Of a stretch of DNA of 64,000 nucleotides, positions 10,146 through 20,045 are shown piece after piece. Source of the stretch: an uncultured virus (IMG/VR IMGVR_UViG_3300010214_000051) (Duplodnaviria; Heunggongvirae; Uroviricota; Caudoviricetes); IMG/VR virus record IMGVR_UViG_3300010214_000051, positions 1 to 64,000 of that record. One strand, given 5' to 3'. Under the pieces are notes generated by a model, which saw nothing but the letters and a program-made list of their open reading frames with translations, made no database searches and was not told the origin of the DNA. The position numbers and the translations under genes are program-made. Each line of letters opens with the position of its first letter. The stretch's first letter is position 1.

Positions 10146-10333
10146 TGGCCGGCAAGCCCGTCACCACTGATCTCGATTTCCGCAACCGTTCGACTGCCAA
10201 GCGGCTCCGCGAACCCGTGGAGCCCGACGAGGCGGCGACGCGCGGTTTTGTGCTCGAGCGTATCAACGAACTGCCGATCGACCAGAGCGACCCTGGCGAT
10301 TTCACCCTTATCTTTGAAAACGGACTCGTCTGA
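10145..10333 (+). CDS. Small fibre-associated protein
   Basis: P....DAATK/R-like fibre motif; coupled stop/start. Confidence 0.55.
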   Translation: MAGKPVTTDLDFRNRSTAKRLREPVEPDEAATRGFVLERINELPIDQSDPGDFTLIFENGLV

Positions 10334-10860
10334 TGGCAACCACGGTTCAACGCATCATTGACCTCGCGACGCGCATCTCGACCGAGTGCAAGTCGCTGCG
10401 CACCTTGATCAACGGGAATGCTACGGACCTGTCGGCGCTGTCGTTCTCCCCGAAGACCACCCTCGTCGCTGCGCTGAACGCGCTGAAGGATGAACTGGAC
10501 AGCGTCGCGTCGGCCGGCGGCGCCACGATCAACGACGCCGCGACCGCCTCCACGACGCAGACCTACTCGGTCACCAAGATCCGCGACCTGGTCAGCACGT
10601 CGATCGCCGCTTTGACGGCCGGCGCTCCGACGGCGCTCGACACTCTGGGCGAACTGTCCGCCGCACTGGGCGATGACGCGAACTTCGCCGCGACCATCAC
10701 CACGGCGCTCGGCAACCGGGTCCGCACGGATACGGCGACCCAGGGCCTGACCACTCAGCAGAAGACGAACGCTCGCACAAACATTGGCGCGGTCGGTGCG
10801 GATGAGATCGGCAACCCGGACACCAACTTCGTGACCACGTTCGAGGCAGGTCTGGCGTAA
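10333..10860 (+). CDS. Fibre-like protein
   Basis: APTALDTL.EL.AALG.D.NFA.TIT..L and Q.LT..QK..AR.NIGA fibre repeats. Confidence 0.75.
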   Translation: MATTVQRIIDLATRISTECKSLRTLINGNATDLSALSFSPKTTLVAALNALKDELDSVASAGGATINDAATASTTQTYSVTKIRDLVSTSIAALTAGAPTALDTLGELSAALGDDANFAATITTALGNRVRTDTATQGLTTQQKTNARTNIGAVGADEIGNPDTNFVTTFEAGLA

Positions 10861-10863
10861 ATC

Positions 10864-11283
10864 GTGGCGACCCTGGTTCAGCGCATCTCTGATCTGTCGA
10901 GCACGATCCTCTCGTGGGTCAACAAACTGCGCGTGGCGAACATCACCTTCGTCATCGACGGCGGCGGGGCGGCGATCACGACCGGGGTCAAGGGTGACAT
11001 CCAGGTGCCGTTCGCCTGTACGATCGTCGGGTGGACGCTGATGGGCGATCAGACGGGTTCGGCTGTGGTCGAGGTCAGTAAGGGGACCTACGCCAACTGG
11101 CCGACCGTCTCTGTCATCACGGCGAGCGCCAAGCCGACGCTGTCCTCGGCGCGCAAAGCGACCTCGACGACGCTGACCGGCTGGACGACGGCAGTTGCAG
11201 CGGATGACGTGTTGCAGATCGGCGTGAACTCGGCGGCGACCGTGCAGCGGCTGGTGCTGACGCTGAAGGTGAGGAAGGTCTGA
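10864..11283 (+). CDS. Putative virion appendage protein
   Basis: N-terminus paralogous to 10333 ORF; beta-rich. Confidence 0.6.
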   Translation: MATLVQRISDLSSTILSWVNKLRVANITFVIDGGGAAITTGVKGDIQVPFACTIVGWTLMGDQTGSAVVEVSKGTYANWPTVSVITASAKPTLSSARKATSTTLTGWTTAVAADDVLQIGVNSAATVQRLVLTLKVRKV

Positions 11284-11849
11284 TGCCTACCGTCTCCTAT
11301 CAGATCACGGACACGGCGGATGATGCAACGGACACCGGAGCCCTTGGTGGCCTTAGCGCAACGCAAGTGACTAACGGCATTGCCTTTGGAATGTACACAC
11401 TTATCGCTGGTCTCCGTTTCCTTGGGGTGGCCGTCCCCAAAGGGGCCACGATCACTGCCGCCACGCTGGAGCTAAAGAAGTCCGCGACCCAACAGTTTAT
11501 CGGGACCAACCATGGTCGCCTGCGCGGAGCGGCAGTCGACAACATCGCTGTTTGGTCGGCTTCCAACAGCCCCGCCACCGTCACCAAAACGACGGAGTCC
11601 GTAGTCGTAGCTGACGCGGCCACGGTCGCCTATGACGTCAAGGCCATCGTTCAGGCCATCGTCAACCGCGCCGGTTGGACATCTGGAAACGCGCTGGCCT
11701 TCGTCGGAGACCCCACAGGTGCGGACGGCGCTCTTATATGGGTCGATTATGGCGCCTCACCCGCCGACGCCGCCAAGCTATCGATCACCTATGAAACGGG
11801 CGGCGGCCCAACTGCCCGGGCCACCTTCCAAGCCATGATCATCGGGTGA
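11283..11849 (+). CDS. Putative carbohydrate-binding/adhesin virion protein
   Basis: GLRF....VP.GATIT.A.L.L and D...IVQ.IV.R.GW..GN jelly-roll-like motifs. Confidence 0.55.
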   Translation: MPTVSYQITDTADDATDTGALGGLSATQVTNGIAFGMYTLIAGLRFLGVAVPKGATITAATLELKKSATQQFIGTNHGRLRGAAVDNIAVWSASNSPATVTKTTESVVVADAATVAYDVKAIVQAIVNRAGWTSGNALAFVGDPTGADGALIWVDYGASPADAAKLSITYETGGGPTARATFQAMIIG

Positions 11850-11853
11850 CGGC

Positions 11854-12462
11854 ATGACCAGCGACGTCCAATACGTCTACCTCGTGGAAGGCCTCGCGGA
11901 CCTGGATCTCAGCGCCGAGATTCCGACGCAGGTTCGCCGGGCCGCAGCGAGGGCCGTGAATCGCGCGACGCCCAAGGGGCGCACGGCCGCCGGGCGCGCC
12001 ATCCGTCAGCACGTCAACCTTCCTGCTGGCTATCTGACAGGTTCGCAGGGCCGCCTGCAGATGAGCAAGTCGGCGACGACCGACAACCTTGAGCGGACGA
12101 TCACGGGGCGCCGACGCCCCACCTCGCTGGCGCGCTATGCGAAGGGCGGCACGAAACACAAGGGCGTCCGCGTCGTCGTGAAGCCAGGGGTGGCCCGCTA
12201 CATCAAGCGCGGCTTCCTGATGAAGCTTCGCGCCGGTTCCGAAGGCGCGCTCGGCAACCTGGGTCTTGCGATCCGAACCGACGGTGGGCCGCCCACTGCT
12301 GCGTTCAAGCCGAAGCGCATCAACGACAAGCTGTGGCTGGTCTACGGACTGTCGGTCGACACGCTGTTCCGTCGCGTCATCGGCGACATCACGCCAGGCA
12401 TCGCCGATGACATGGAAACCGAGTTCTGGCGGCAACTCGATCTCTCGACAGGCGCCAAATGA
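11854..12462 (+). CDS. Minor tail / tail completion protein (gpZ-like)
   Basis: Basic; AA.RAVNR, R.RPTSLARY motifs. Confidence 0.7.
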   Translation: MTSDVQYVYLVEGLADLDLSAEIPTQVRRAAARAVNRATPKGRTAAGRAIRQHVNLPAGYLTGSQGRLQMSKSATTDNLERTITGRRRPTSLARYAKGGTKHKGVRVVVKPGVARYIKRGFLMKLRAGSEGALGNLGLAIRTDGGPPTAAFKPKRINDKLWLVYGLSVDTLFRRVIGDITPGIADDMETEFWRQLDLSTGAK

Positions 12463-13039
12463 GTGATCCGTTTCGCCTGATCCGTTTCGCCTCCGCGTGC
12501 TGAAACGCCTGACCGCTACGATCAAGAAGGTTTCGCCGCTTGAGACCTACGTTGACCTGGACACGGGCGAACAGGTCCCGTTCACGAACGACCTGCGCGA
12601 TCGCCCTGATCCAGACGACGCTGCACTGACGCAGGAGCATGTCTTCCGAGGCCGCACCTTGTTCGGCCCATCGGACCCGCTGCCCATGGTCAGCGTTCTC
12701 GAGCACCCGCGCGCCCTCGATGCGATCGAGGAAGGTCAGAGCGGCGGCGCTTCGGTGGGCGACTGGGATCTGGTGATCCAGGGCTTCGTGAAGGACGACC
12801 CCAAGCATCCGACTGACCCGGCGCATGTGCTGGCCGCAGAAGTCGTCGCGGTGATCATGAAGTATGGCGTGGAGCCCTTCAACATCCTCGGCATGGGCTC
12901 GCAGCAGCCCTGCGTCACGCGTCTGTCGATCGGCAGTCCCGTGGTGCGTCCGGCCGAGGACGGCGTATCAGACCAGGCGTTTTTCTGGCTGACTGTGACC
13001 CTCACCCTCGCCGAGGACAGGGAAAGGCCTTTCGCATAA
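12459..13039 (+). CDS. Tail terminator-like protein; 5' end frameshifted by a 14-bp duplication
   Basis: ATG 12459 overlaps the upstream stop; removing one repeat copy gives MSDPFRLRVLKRL in frame with 12497..13039. Confidence 0.7.
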
Positions 13040-13045
13040 ACCAAA

Positions 13046-13064
13046 TGTCCCATAAAAGGGGACA
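13046..13064. promoter_or_regulatory. 19-bp operator-like palindrome
   Basis: TGTCCCATAAAAGGGGACA upstream of the major tail gene. Confidence 0.75.
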
Positions 13065-13085
13065 AACAGCACAGGAGATGTCCCC

Positions 13086-13865
13086 ATGGGGCTGATCAAG
13101 CAACACACTTACGGGTCGGGCAAGTTGCACTTCGCGCAGTTCCTGCCGAACACCCAGACCCCGGGCGCCCTGCGCTACATCGGCAACACGACCGAGCTTA
13201 CCCTGACGTCGGAGCAGGAAAAGCTCGATCACTTCGACAGCGACAACGGCATCCGCACGAAGGACGATTCCGTGGTCACGTCGCTGGAGCAGAGCGGCAC
13301 CTTCGTCACCGACAACATCAACGACGAAAACGTCGCGATGTTCTTCCTCGGGACGACCACCTCGCTGACACAAGCGTCCGGCACCGCGCAGGACGACACG
13401 ATCGCGTCGGTTGAGTTTGGCTCATATCAGTTGGGCATCACCCCCACGCGACCGACGGGCGTGCGCAAGGTCACGGTCACCAGCGTTGCGCTGTCGGCCG
13501 CGCCGGCCACGGCCTACACCGCTGGCCTGGATTATGTGGTCGACGCTGACCGCGGCCTGGTCACGATTCTGCGGGGCGGCGCGATCACCAAGGGCGCCGG
13601 CATCAAGATCACCTACTCGTTCGCCGCCTCGACCCGACAGCAGGTGATGTCTTCGAACAAGACCGTCGAAGGGCGCCTGTGGTTCGAAAGCAAGAACGCC
13701 GTCGGCCCGCAACGCGACTACACCTTCCCCTATGTGAAGCTGACGCCCAACGGCGATTTCGCGCTGAAATCGGACGACTGGTTGACCATGCCGTTCAGCG
13801 TCGAGGTGCTGACCCTGGGCGCGCTGGCGGCGGTTTACGCCGACGGCGTGGCGATGGCTTCGTAA
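13086..13865 (+). CDS. Major tail (tube) protein
   Basis: G.G.L.F, RYIGNT..L, P.V.L.P.GD.ALK.DDW motifs. Confidence 0.88.
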   Translation: MGLIKQHTYGSGKLHFAQFLPNTQTPGALRYIGNTTELTLTSEQEKLDHFDSDNGIRTKDDSVVTSLEQSGTFVTDNINDENVAMFFLGTTTSLTQASGTAQDDTIASVEFGSYQLGITPTRPTGVRKVTVTSVALSAAPATAYTAGLDYVVDADRGLVTILRGGAITKGAGIKITYSFAASTRQQVMSSNKTVEGRLWFESKNAVGPQRDYTFPYVKLTPNGDFALKSDDWLTMPFSVEVLTLGALAAVYADGVAMAS

Positions 13866-13869
13866 CAGC

Positions 13870-14322
13870 ATGTCGCATCGGAACTTGATCCCTACGCGGA
13901 GAGTCCCGATGGGGCAGGACGTCGAGGGGAACGAAATCCACCTCGACGTCCGGGGCCTGTCGCTCTCGGACGTGACGGCGATCATGCGCGACGACGGCGG
14001 TGCGGCCTTCATGGAGCGCATCTACAGCGGCGCAATCCTCTCCAAGATGACGTCCGGCGACTTCGAAGCCGTGGTTGTCGATATGCTGGACAGTCTGCCG
14101 GACGTGGTGGCCCGCGTGATCGCGCGTGCGGCGGGCATCCCGGAAGAGTGGGAGATGTTGCGTGACGTCGCGCTCGGCACCTCTCTGGAGCTGCTGGAGA
14201 CGATCGCCACTCTGACCTTCACGTCGGAACGCGTCGCAAAAAAAGTGATGGAGGTCGTGCGGAAGTACGCGGCGGAGAGCCAAAGCCCCCTGCCGACGTC
14301 CATGAGTGGGTCTGGGGGCTGA
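13870..14322 (+). CDS. Tail assembly chaperone (G)
   Basis: VRGLSL.D motif; between tube and tape measure genes. Confidence 0.8.
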   Translation: MSHRNLIPTRRVPMGQDVEGNEIHLDVRGLSLSDVTAIMRDDGGAAFMERIYSGAILSKMTSGDFEAVVVDMLDSLPDVVARVIARAAGIPEEWEMLRDVALGTSLELLETIATLTFTSERVAKKVMEVVRKYAAESQSPLPTSMSGSGG

Positions 14323-14570
14323 GGCGCCAGGCCAGCCTGCTTGTCTCTCATGGACACGCCGACGCGACCTCCTACCCGATCGGAATGCTGACGGACGAAG
14401 CCGCCATCGTGTCGGCGCGCGTCAGCGAAGAGACGGCGGGCAAGGCGCTGCTGATGCAGTCGGCGCTCGCGACGGTGCCCAACATGGGGATCAAGCCGTC
14501 CTCCGCAGAGAAGGCTCAGATGGGCTTTCGGAAACTGATTGAGACGTTGACGGGAGGCCGCGGTGGCTAA
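14238..14570 (+). CDS. Tail assembly chaperone -1 frameshift extension (GT)
   Basis: A7 run at 14238-14244; the -1 frame stays open to 14570. Confidence 0.75.
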   Translation, partial: KKSDGGRAEVRGGEPKPPADVHEWVWGLRRQASLLVSHGHADATSYPIGMLTDEAAIVSARVSEETAGKALLMQSALATVPNMGIKPSSAEKAQMGFRKLIETLTGGRGG

Positions 14571-17553
14571 TAACGAGCGCGACGTCCGCCTTAATGTCCG
14601 TGCGGTCGACAACACGTCGCCGGGCCTCAAGAAGGCTGAGGCGGCGCTGCAGCGTTTCGCTTCGGCCGCCGAGAAGGCGCAGGCCCGCCGGACAGCTAGA
14701 GCGACGGCCGATGATGCGGCGAAAATCGCGGCGGAGAACTACGAGCGCGCGACCGAGGAGGCCACGAAGTTCGGCCGCCAGCTGAACCAGATCAAGAACT
14801 GGCAGTGGTCGAGCGAGATCGTCGAGGCCCCCGAACAGCTTGCCGAGAACTTCGAGCGAGCGCGCGAGGAAGCCCGCCGCGCGAAGATCGCACTGGACGA
14901 GGCCAGGGCGGGGGTGGCGCGTTTCACCCAGTCCGGCAACGGTTTGGCGACGCTCGAAACGCGGATGGCGGGACTGGGTGCGCAGACGACGCGGACCGAG
15001 GGTTCGACCGAGCGCCTGGCCGGTGACCTGCAGCGGCTCAACAGCATCCAGACGCAGACGGCCGCCCGAGCGAATGCTGCTGCCGGCGCCCTGCGGAACC
15101 AGGCCCGCGCGGGCGACCTGGCTGGCAAGATGGTTGACGCCTATGCGTCGCGCCAGGGCCGCGGGCCTCTTGGGCTGCGCCCTTACGAGCTTCAGAACCT
15201 CTCCTATCAGATCAACGACCTGATTACGCAGATCGCCAGCGGCACGCCGCCGATGCAGGCGTTTGCGCAGCAGGGTGGGCAGATCGCGCAGATCTTCCCC
15301 AAGGCGACCGGGGCGATCATCCGCTTCATCCCGGTCATCGCCGTGGCGGCCGCCGCGATCGCGCCGTTCGTCAGCGCCGCCATGAAGGCGAACGCCGAGG
15401 CGGCGAAGATGAGCGCCATCGAGGAGACGCTACGCACGTCGGGTAACGCGGCCATGTATTCGGCGCCGCTGCTCGCGCGCGTGGTCGACCAGGTCCGCGC
15501 CTTGGGCGCCAGCGCCGACGACGCGCAGAAGATCGTCCGTATGCTGGTGCGCGAGGCGGTCGACCCGGCGTACCTCGAGCGGTTCGTAGCTGTCTCCAAA
15601 CTGGCGGCGCAGGTCTGGGGCGAAGATTTCCCTGATGCCGCAGAGAAGGTGACCGAAGCGTTCACCGGCAACGTCGATGCGATCCTGGCCCTGGACGATG
15701 AGATCGGCTTCCTGACCGCCACTGAGCGGAAGCAGATCGAGGCGTTGAAGGAGTCGAAGAAGGAGGCCGAGGCCCGGACCAAGGCGTTCGACATCTTCGC
15801 CCAGCGTTACGGTGAGACCGCCGACAAGATGGGCGGCCCGTGGCTGCAGGTGGTGAACAACCTGAAGGCCGCCTGGGACTCGTTCGTCGACTTCGTCAAC
15901 TTCATCGACTGGTCCAAGCTCAAGTCCGAGCTGAACTGGATCGCGGACAAACTGGCTGAGATCACGTCGGCGCTGCCGGGCGCCCGGGCCGCCACGAAGG
16001 ACTACGTCGCCGACGACGTGTCGAAGGCCTACGGGCGGTTGCTGGAGCTTGAAAGCACGAAGGCGCGCTTCGAGGCCCAAGGCAACCGCCTGGGCGCTGC
16101 GCAGACGGCGCGCTCCATTCAGGAACAGCGCGGCATCATCGCCCTGGGCGAGACGCGACTGGCCGGGATGCAACTGGTCGACGGCACGAGCGAACTGACC
16201 CGCCCGCGCCCGGCCAAGGACACCACGACGCGCCCTGACCCGCCGGCGCCGACAGGACGCGACCGCAGCGCCGATGACGCCAAGCGCAAACTGGAAGCGC
16301 AGCAGAAGTTCCTCGCCTCCCTGCTGGAAGAGAACGAAGCCCGCGCCTTCCAGGTGTCGCTGCTGGATGAGACGGAGCGACGGCAGCAGGTCCTGACGGC
16401 GTTGCGCGAAGCCGAGAAGGGCGCCGCAGCCGTCGGTCTGACTCTGACACAGGCGCAGAAGGACGCGATCGAACAGTCCGTCACGCGGCTCTACGACGAG
16501 CAGAAGGCCCGAGAGGCGATCAAGGCGATCGACGCCGCCCGGCTAGACCTCGCCCAGAAGCGCGGCGAGGTCGAGAGCAAAGACGCCTTCGTTCAGCGGA
16601 TACTGGCGCAGGAGGCGGTCGGCTGGTCGGAAGAGCAGAAGAACGTCTACGCCGACATCCTGCGACAGAACTGGGACATCGAGGATTCCAAGCGTCGCCA
16701 GCAGGCGCTCGAACAGACCATGTCGACCCTGGAGCAGCAGCGCGCCGAGCTTCAGCGCCAGATCCTGTTCGCCCAGGAGACCGGCGACCTGTCTAAGGCG
16801 GCGCAGTTGCAGGAGCAGTTGAACGGCGTCAATGCCGCTCTGCTGACGGCGATCGACAACATGATCGCCTTCTGGCAGGCGACGGGCGGACCTGGGGCCG
16901 CGGCTGCGATCCTGGCGCTTGAAGGTGCGCGCGACCGGGTGGAGGATGTCGGCAAGAGGGGCCTGATCACCGGCAAGCAGATCAACGAGGTCTTCGCGAG
17001 CACCGCGACGTCGGCCATTGATCGCTTCGCTCAGTCGGTGGGCGAGGGGCAGAACGTGCTCAAGAGCCTCGGGCAGGCATTCCTGCAGTTCGCGGCCGAC
17101 TTCCTGAAGCAGATCGCGCAGATGATCATGCAGCAGTTGATCTTCAACGCGATCAGTGGTGGCGGCGGGGGCGGCGGGCAGGGCGGCTTCGGCGGGATGC
17201 TCTCGTCGTTCTTCGGGTCGAAGCATACCGGCGGCCTGGTCGGCCACGGTGGCGGCTTCCGGGCGGTCAATCCGGCTGTCTTCGCCAACGCGCAGCGCTA
17301 CCACTCGGGCGGACTGGTCGGCAATGAGGTGCCGATCATCGCCAAGCGCAACGAAGAGGTGCTGACCGAGGATGATCCGCGCCACCGCTTCAACGGCGGC
17401 ATCGGTGGCGGCAACGTCACCCTGAAGAACGTCAACGTGCTCGACCCGGGCGATGTGATGGCGGCCGGACTGGAGACGGAGGCGGGCGAGCGTTCGTTCT
17501 TCAACTTCGTCACCCGCAACGCAGCTGCAATACGGGGGGCCATCGGCGGATGA
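14563..17553 (+). CDS. Tape measure protein
   Basis: 996 aa helical; NL.YQ.ND...Q..SG..P.....QQGGQI lambda TMP motif; H.GG.VG C-terminus. Confidence 0.95.
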   Translation: MANNERDVRLNVRAVDNTSPGLKKAEAALQRFASAAEKAQARRTARATADDAAKIAAENYERATEEATKFGRQLNQIKNWQWSSEIVEAPEQLAENFERAREEARRAKIALDEARAGVARFTQSGNGLATLETRMAGLGAQTTRTEGSTERLAGDLQRLNSIQTQTAARANAAAGALRNQARAGDLAGKMVDAYASRQGRGPLGLRPYELQNLSYQINDLITQIASGTPPMQAFAQQGGQIAQIFPKATGAIIRFIPVIAVAAAAIAPFVSAAMKANAEAAKMSAIEETLRTSGNAAMYSAPLLARVVDQVRALGASADDAQKIVRMLVREAVDPAYLERFVAVSKLAAQVWGEDFPDAAEKVTEAFTGNVDAILALDDEIGFLTATERKQIEALKESKKEAEARTKAFDIFAQRYGETADKMGGPWLQVVNNLKAAWDSFVDFVNFIDWSKLKSELNWIADKLAEITSALPGARAATKDYVADDVSKAYGRLLELESTKARFEAQGNRLGAAQTARSIQEQRGIIALGETRLAGMQLVDGTSELTRPRPAKDTTTRPDPPAPTGRDRSADDAKRKLEAQQKFLASLLEENEARAFQVSLLDETERRQQVLTALREAEKGAAAVGLTLTQAQKDAIEQSVTRLYDEQKAREAIKAIDAARLDLAQKRGEVESKDAFVQRILAQEAVGWSEEQKNVYADILRQNWDIEDSKRRQQALEQTMSTLEQQRAELQRQILFAQETGDLSKAAQLQEQLNGVNAALLTAIDNMIAFWQATGGPGAAAAILALEGARDRVEDVGKRGLITGKQINEVFASTATSAIDRFAQSVGEGQNVLKSLGQAFLQFAADFLKQIAQMIMQQLIFNAISGGGGGGGQGGFGGMLSSFFGSKHTGGLVGHGGGFRAVNPAVFANAQRYHSGGLVGNEVPIIAKRNEEVLTEDDPRHRFNGGIGGGNVTLKNVNVLDPGDVMAAGLETEAGERSFFNFVTRNAAAIRGAIGG

Positions 17554-18722
17554 TCGTCTGGCCGTTTTTCCCCAACTGGTCGTCGCGCTACGTCGAGACG
17601 TACGAGCATCTCACCGAAATCATCACCAGCGATTCCGGCAAGGAGCAGCGTCGCGCCTGGCGCGCCGCCGCGCGGCGTTCCGTGTCCTACGAAGCCATGG
17701 TGCAGCGCGATCGGATGCAGGCGATGCGCCGCGTTCTGCACGACCGTCCTACGGGTATCGCCTTCCCCGACGAAGTTCGCCGGCTGCGGTTGTCAGCGGC
17801 GGCATCGGGCCAGACGATCTCCCTGCCTGACGTGCCTGCCTGGCTGACGCCCGGTCACCATGTTGTCTTTGAGGCGCCCGTCAGCCGGGTCCGGGTGGTC
17901 AGGACCGTCGGCAACGTGAGCGGCAATGTCGTGACGTTCGGCGACGTGCAGAACCATGTCGTCGGAACGCGGGTCATGCCTGCATTCGTGGGCACGCTCG
18001 GCGGCGCGCAGCGTGGCAAGATCATTACCGATGGCGCCATGTCGCTGTCGGTGAAGCTCGACGTCGAACCGGGCTCCGAGATCGAGGACTCGGGCTTCCC
18101 GATGACGACCTTCAACGGGCGCGAGGTGTTCCTTCACCGCCCGGACTGGGGGCAGGGCATCGAGTTGCAGTCCGACGACCCAACGGTGTGGACCGACTTC
18201 CTGACCACGGCGAGGACGCCCTATCGTCCGGTGACGTTCTCGGGCGAACTGCTGCGGACGCGCCACCTGGTGCGCAATGCCGACGAACACAACCGGGTGG
18301 TCGGCCTGTTCCTGCGTTCGCGGGGCCGCCAGGGCGAGTTCTACGCCCCGTCGTGGGCCAACGACATCACGCTCACCGCGCCTGTCGCGGTCGGGGCGAC
18401 TGTTTTCCGTGTCGCCGGGCACGAGTTTCACGACGCCTGGGCCGCCGACCTGACGCGACGGTCGTTCATGGTTCGCCTGCGGTCCGGCGGCCTGCGGTTC
18501 TTCCGCATCGCTTCAATGGCGAAACAGACTGCGGGCGGCGTCCCGTCCACGGCCATCACGGTGACGGCGCCGACGACCGACATCCTCTCACCCGATACGG
18601 TGCGAGCAATCTCCTGGATGCCGTGCTGCCGGTTCGCATCTGACTCCCTCAGCGTGTCCTGGATCACCGATCAGGCCGCCGAGGTGCAGATAAACCTTCA
18701 CACCCTGGAAGATCTCCCATGA
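17550..18722 (+). CDS. Distal tail-like protein
   Basis: PNW....ETYE.LT....S..G.EQR motif right after the TMP. Confidence 0.75.
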   Translation: MIVWPFFPNWSSRYVETYEHLTEIITSDSGKEQRRAWRAAARRSVSYEAMVQRDRMQAMRRVLHDRPTGIAFPDEVRRLRLSAAASGQTISLPDVPAWLTPGHHVVFEAPVSRVRVVRTVGNVSGNVVTFGDVQNHVVGTRVMPAFVGTLGGAQRGKIITDGAMSLSVKLDVEPGSEIEDSGFPMTTFNGREVFLHRPDWGQGIELQSDDPTVWTDFLTTARTPYRPVTFSGELLRTRHLVRNADEHNRVVGLFLRSRGRQGEFYAPSWANDITLTAPVAVGATVFRVAGHEFHDAWAADLTRRSFMVRLRSGGLRFFRIASMAKQTAGGVPSTAITVTAPTTDILSPDTVRAISWMPCCRFASDSLSVSWITDQAAEVQINLHTLEDLP

Positions 18723-19550
18723 GCTTCAATGCGTATGAGACGAGCCGCGCGGACGGTCGCCCGTTCCACCTCTACACGTTCAGCTGCGGCCCGACCGAGA
18801 CCTGGCGGTTCACGAACCTGACCACGCCGTTCAACTTCGCCGGTCTGACGTACGAACCTCTGCCGATCACGCACGGCGAGGTGGTGTCGTCCGGCAATCT
18901 GGACAAGACGGCGCTCGAAATCCGTCTGCCGGAAAGCGGCGCGATCCCGGATCTGTTTCGCGACGAAAACCCGTCAGCGGTGGTCAGCTTGATCATTCGC
19001 CAGGGCCACGTCGCCGACGACGACTTCAAGGTGCACTGGGCCGGCAAGGTCGTGGGCACCTCCTACGAAGACGACCAGATGGTGTTGACCGGCGAGCCGA
19101 TCTCGACCTCTCTGCGGCGATCCGGCCTGACGCGCGACTTCCAGATCACCTGCCCTCTGGTGCTGTACGGCCCGGACTGTCGGGCGAACCGAGCGGCGTC
19201 CACCGTTCAGCGTGCCGCGGTTGCGGTCGACGGCCCCGTGCTGACGTTCGCGCCCGACTGGGCGACGCCGGAAATGAAGGACCACTACGTCGGCGGCGTC
19301 GCCCAGTGGACCACACCTGCGGGGCGGGTTGTCCGCAGGTCGATCGTTCGGCGCGNNNNNNNNNNACACGCATATCGTCCTGTCCAGCGACAGCGGCAAC
19401 CTCGCTCCGGGGACCAATGTTTCTCTGACCCTGGGTTGCAACAAGACGCAGGACACCTGCCGCAACGTGTTTTCCAACATCCTGAACTACGGCGGACAGC
19501 CCGAGATCCCGCTCGTCAATCCGGTCGGCATCACCAACAACTACTATTGA
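18719..19550 (+). CDS. Baseplate hub protein (DUF2163/BR0599-like); frame broken by N gap
   Basis: C...LYG..C and, after gap 19356-19365, GC.KT..TC...F.N..NYGG.P.IP..NP. Confidence 0.85.
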
Positions 19551-19568
19551 CCTTGCCTGTCGGCGGAT

Positions 19569-19587
19569 TGTCCCATAAAAAGAGACA
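19569..19587. promoter_or_regulatory. 19-bp operator-like palindrome
   Basis: TGTCCCATAAAAAGAGACA. Confidence 0.7.
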
Positions 19588-19608
19588 ATCTGCTCCATGA
19601 GGTGAAGC

Positions 19609-19842
19609 ATGGCCGTTGACTGGCTGGTGATGTTCGCCATCGCTTTGGCGATGCAGGTCGTCGCCTACCTGATCACGCCCAAGCCGAAGGGGCCTAAGCC
19701 GGAAGCCGCGCAGCAAGCCGAGAGCCCGACCGCAGACGCCGGAAAGCCGATGGGTGTCCTTTTCGGAACAGCCCGCCTCTCTGAGACAAACATCATCGGC
19801 TCCTGGGATAAATCGACCCGGCAGTACAAGGTCAAGGTCTGA
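19609..19842 (+). CDS. Small tail assembly protein
   Basis: Hydrophobic N-terminus, PKP, PTA.AG.P..V.FGT motif. Confidence 0.8.
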   Translation: MAVDWLVMFAIALAMQVVAYLITPKPKGPKPEAAQQAESPTADAGKPMGVLFGTARLSETNIIGSWDKSTRQYKVKV

Positions 19843-20045
19843 TGACGGAAGCCCGCATCACGATCGACGACATTCGGCGTGCGGGCCACTGCGTCGCCGG
19901 CGCCCGCGACTGGCTGACGCTCCACGGCTTCGACTGGCGCACGTTCCTCAACGAGGGCGCGAGCGAGGCCGACATCCTGGCGACAGGCGACGCATACGCG
20001 CAGCGCGTGGTCGCCATGAAGGCGGGGGCGCCGCCGCATGGGTAA
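19842..20045 (+). CDS. Small tail assembly protein
   Basis: C..GAR.W...HG.DW..FL..G motif. Confidence 0.8.
   Translation: MTEARITIDDIRRAGHCVAGARDWLTLHGFDWRTFLNEGASEADILATGDAYAQRVVAMKAGAPPHG

Noticed and set aside
19356..19365. Apparent frameshift in the baseplate hub gene (likewise 63233-63242)
   Set aside because: Caused by 10-N placeholder gaps, not biology
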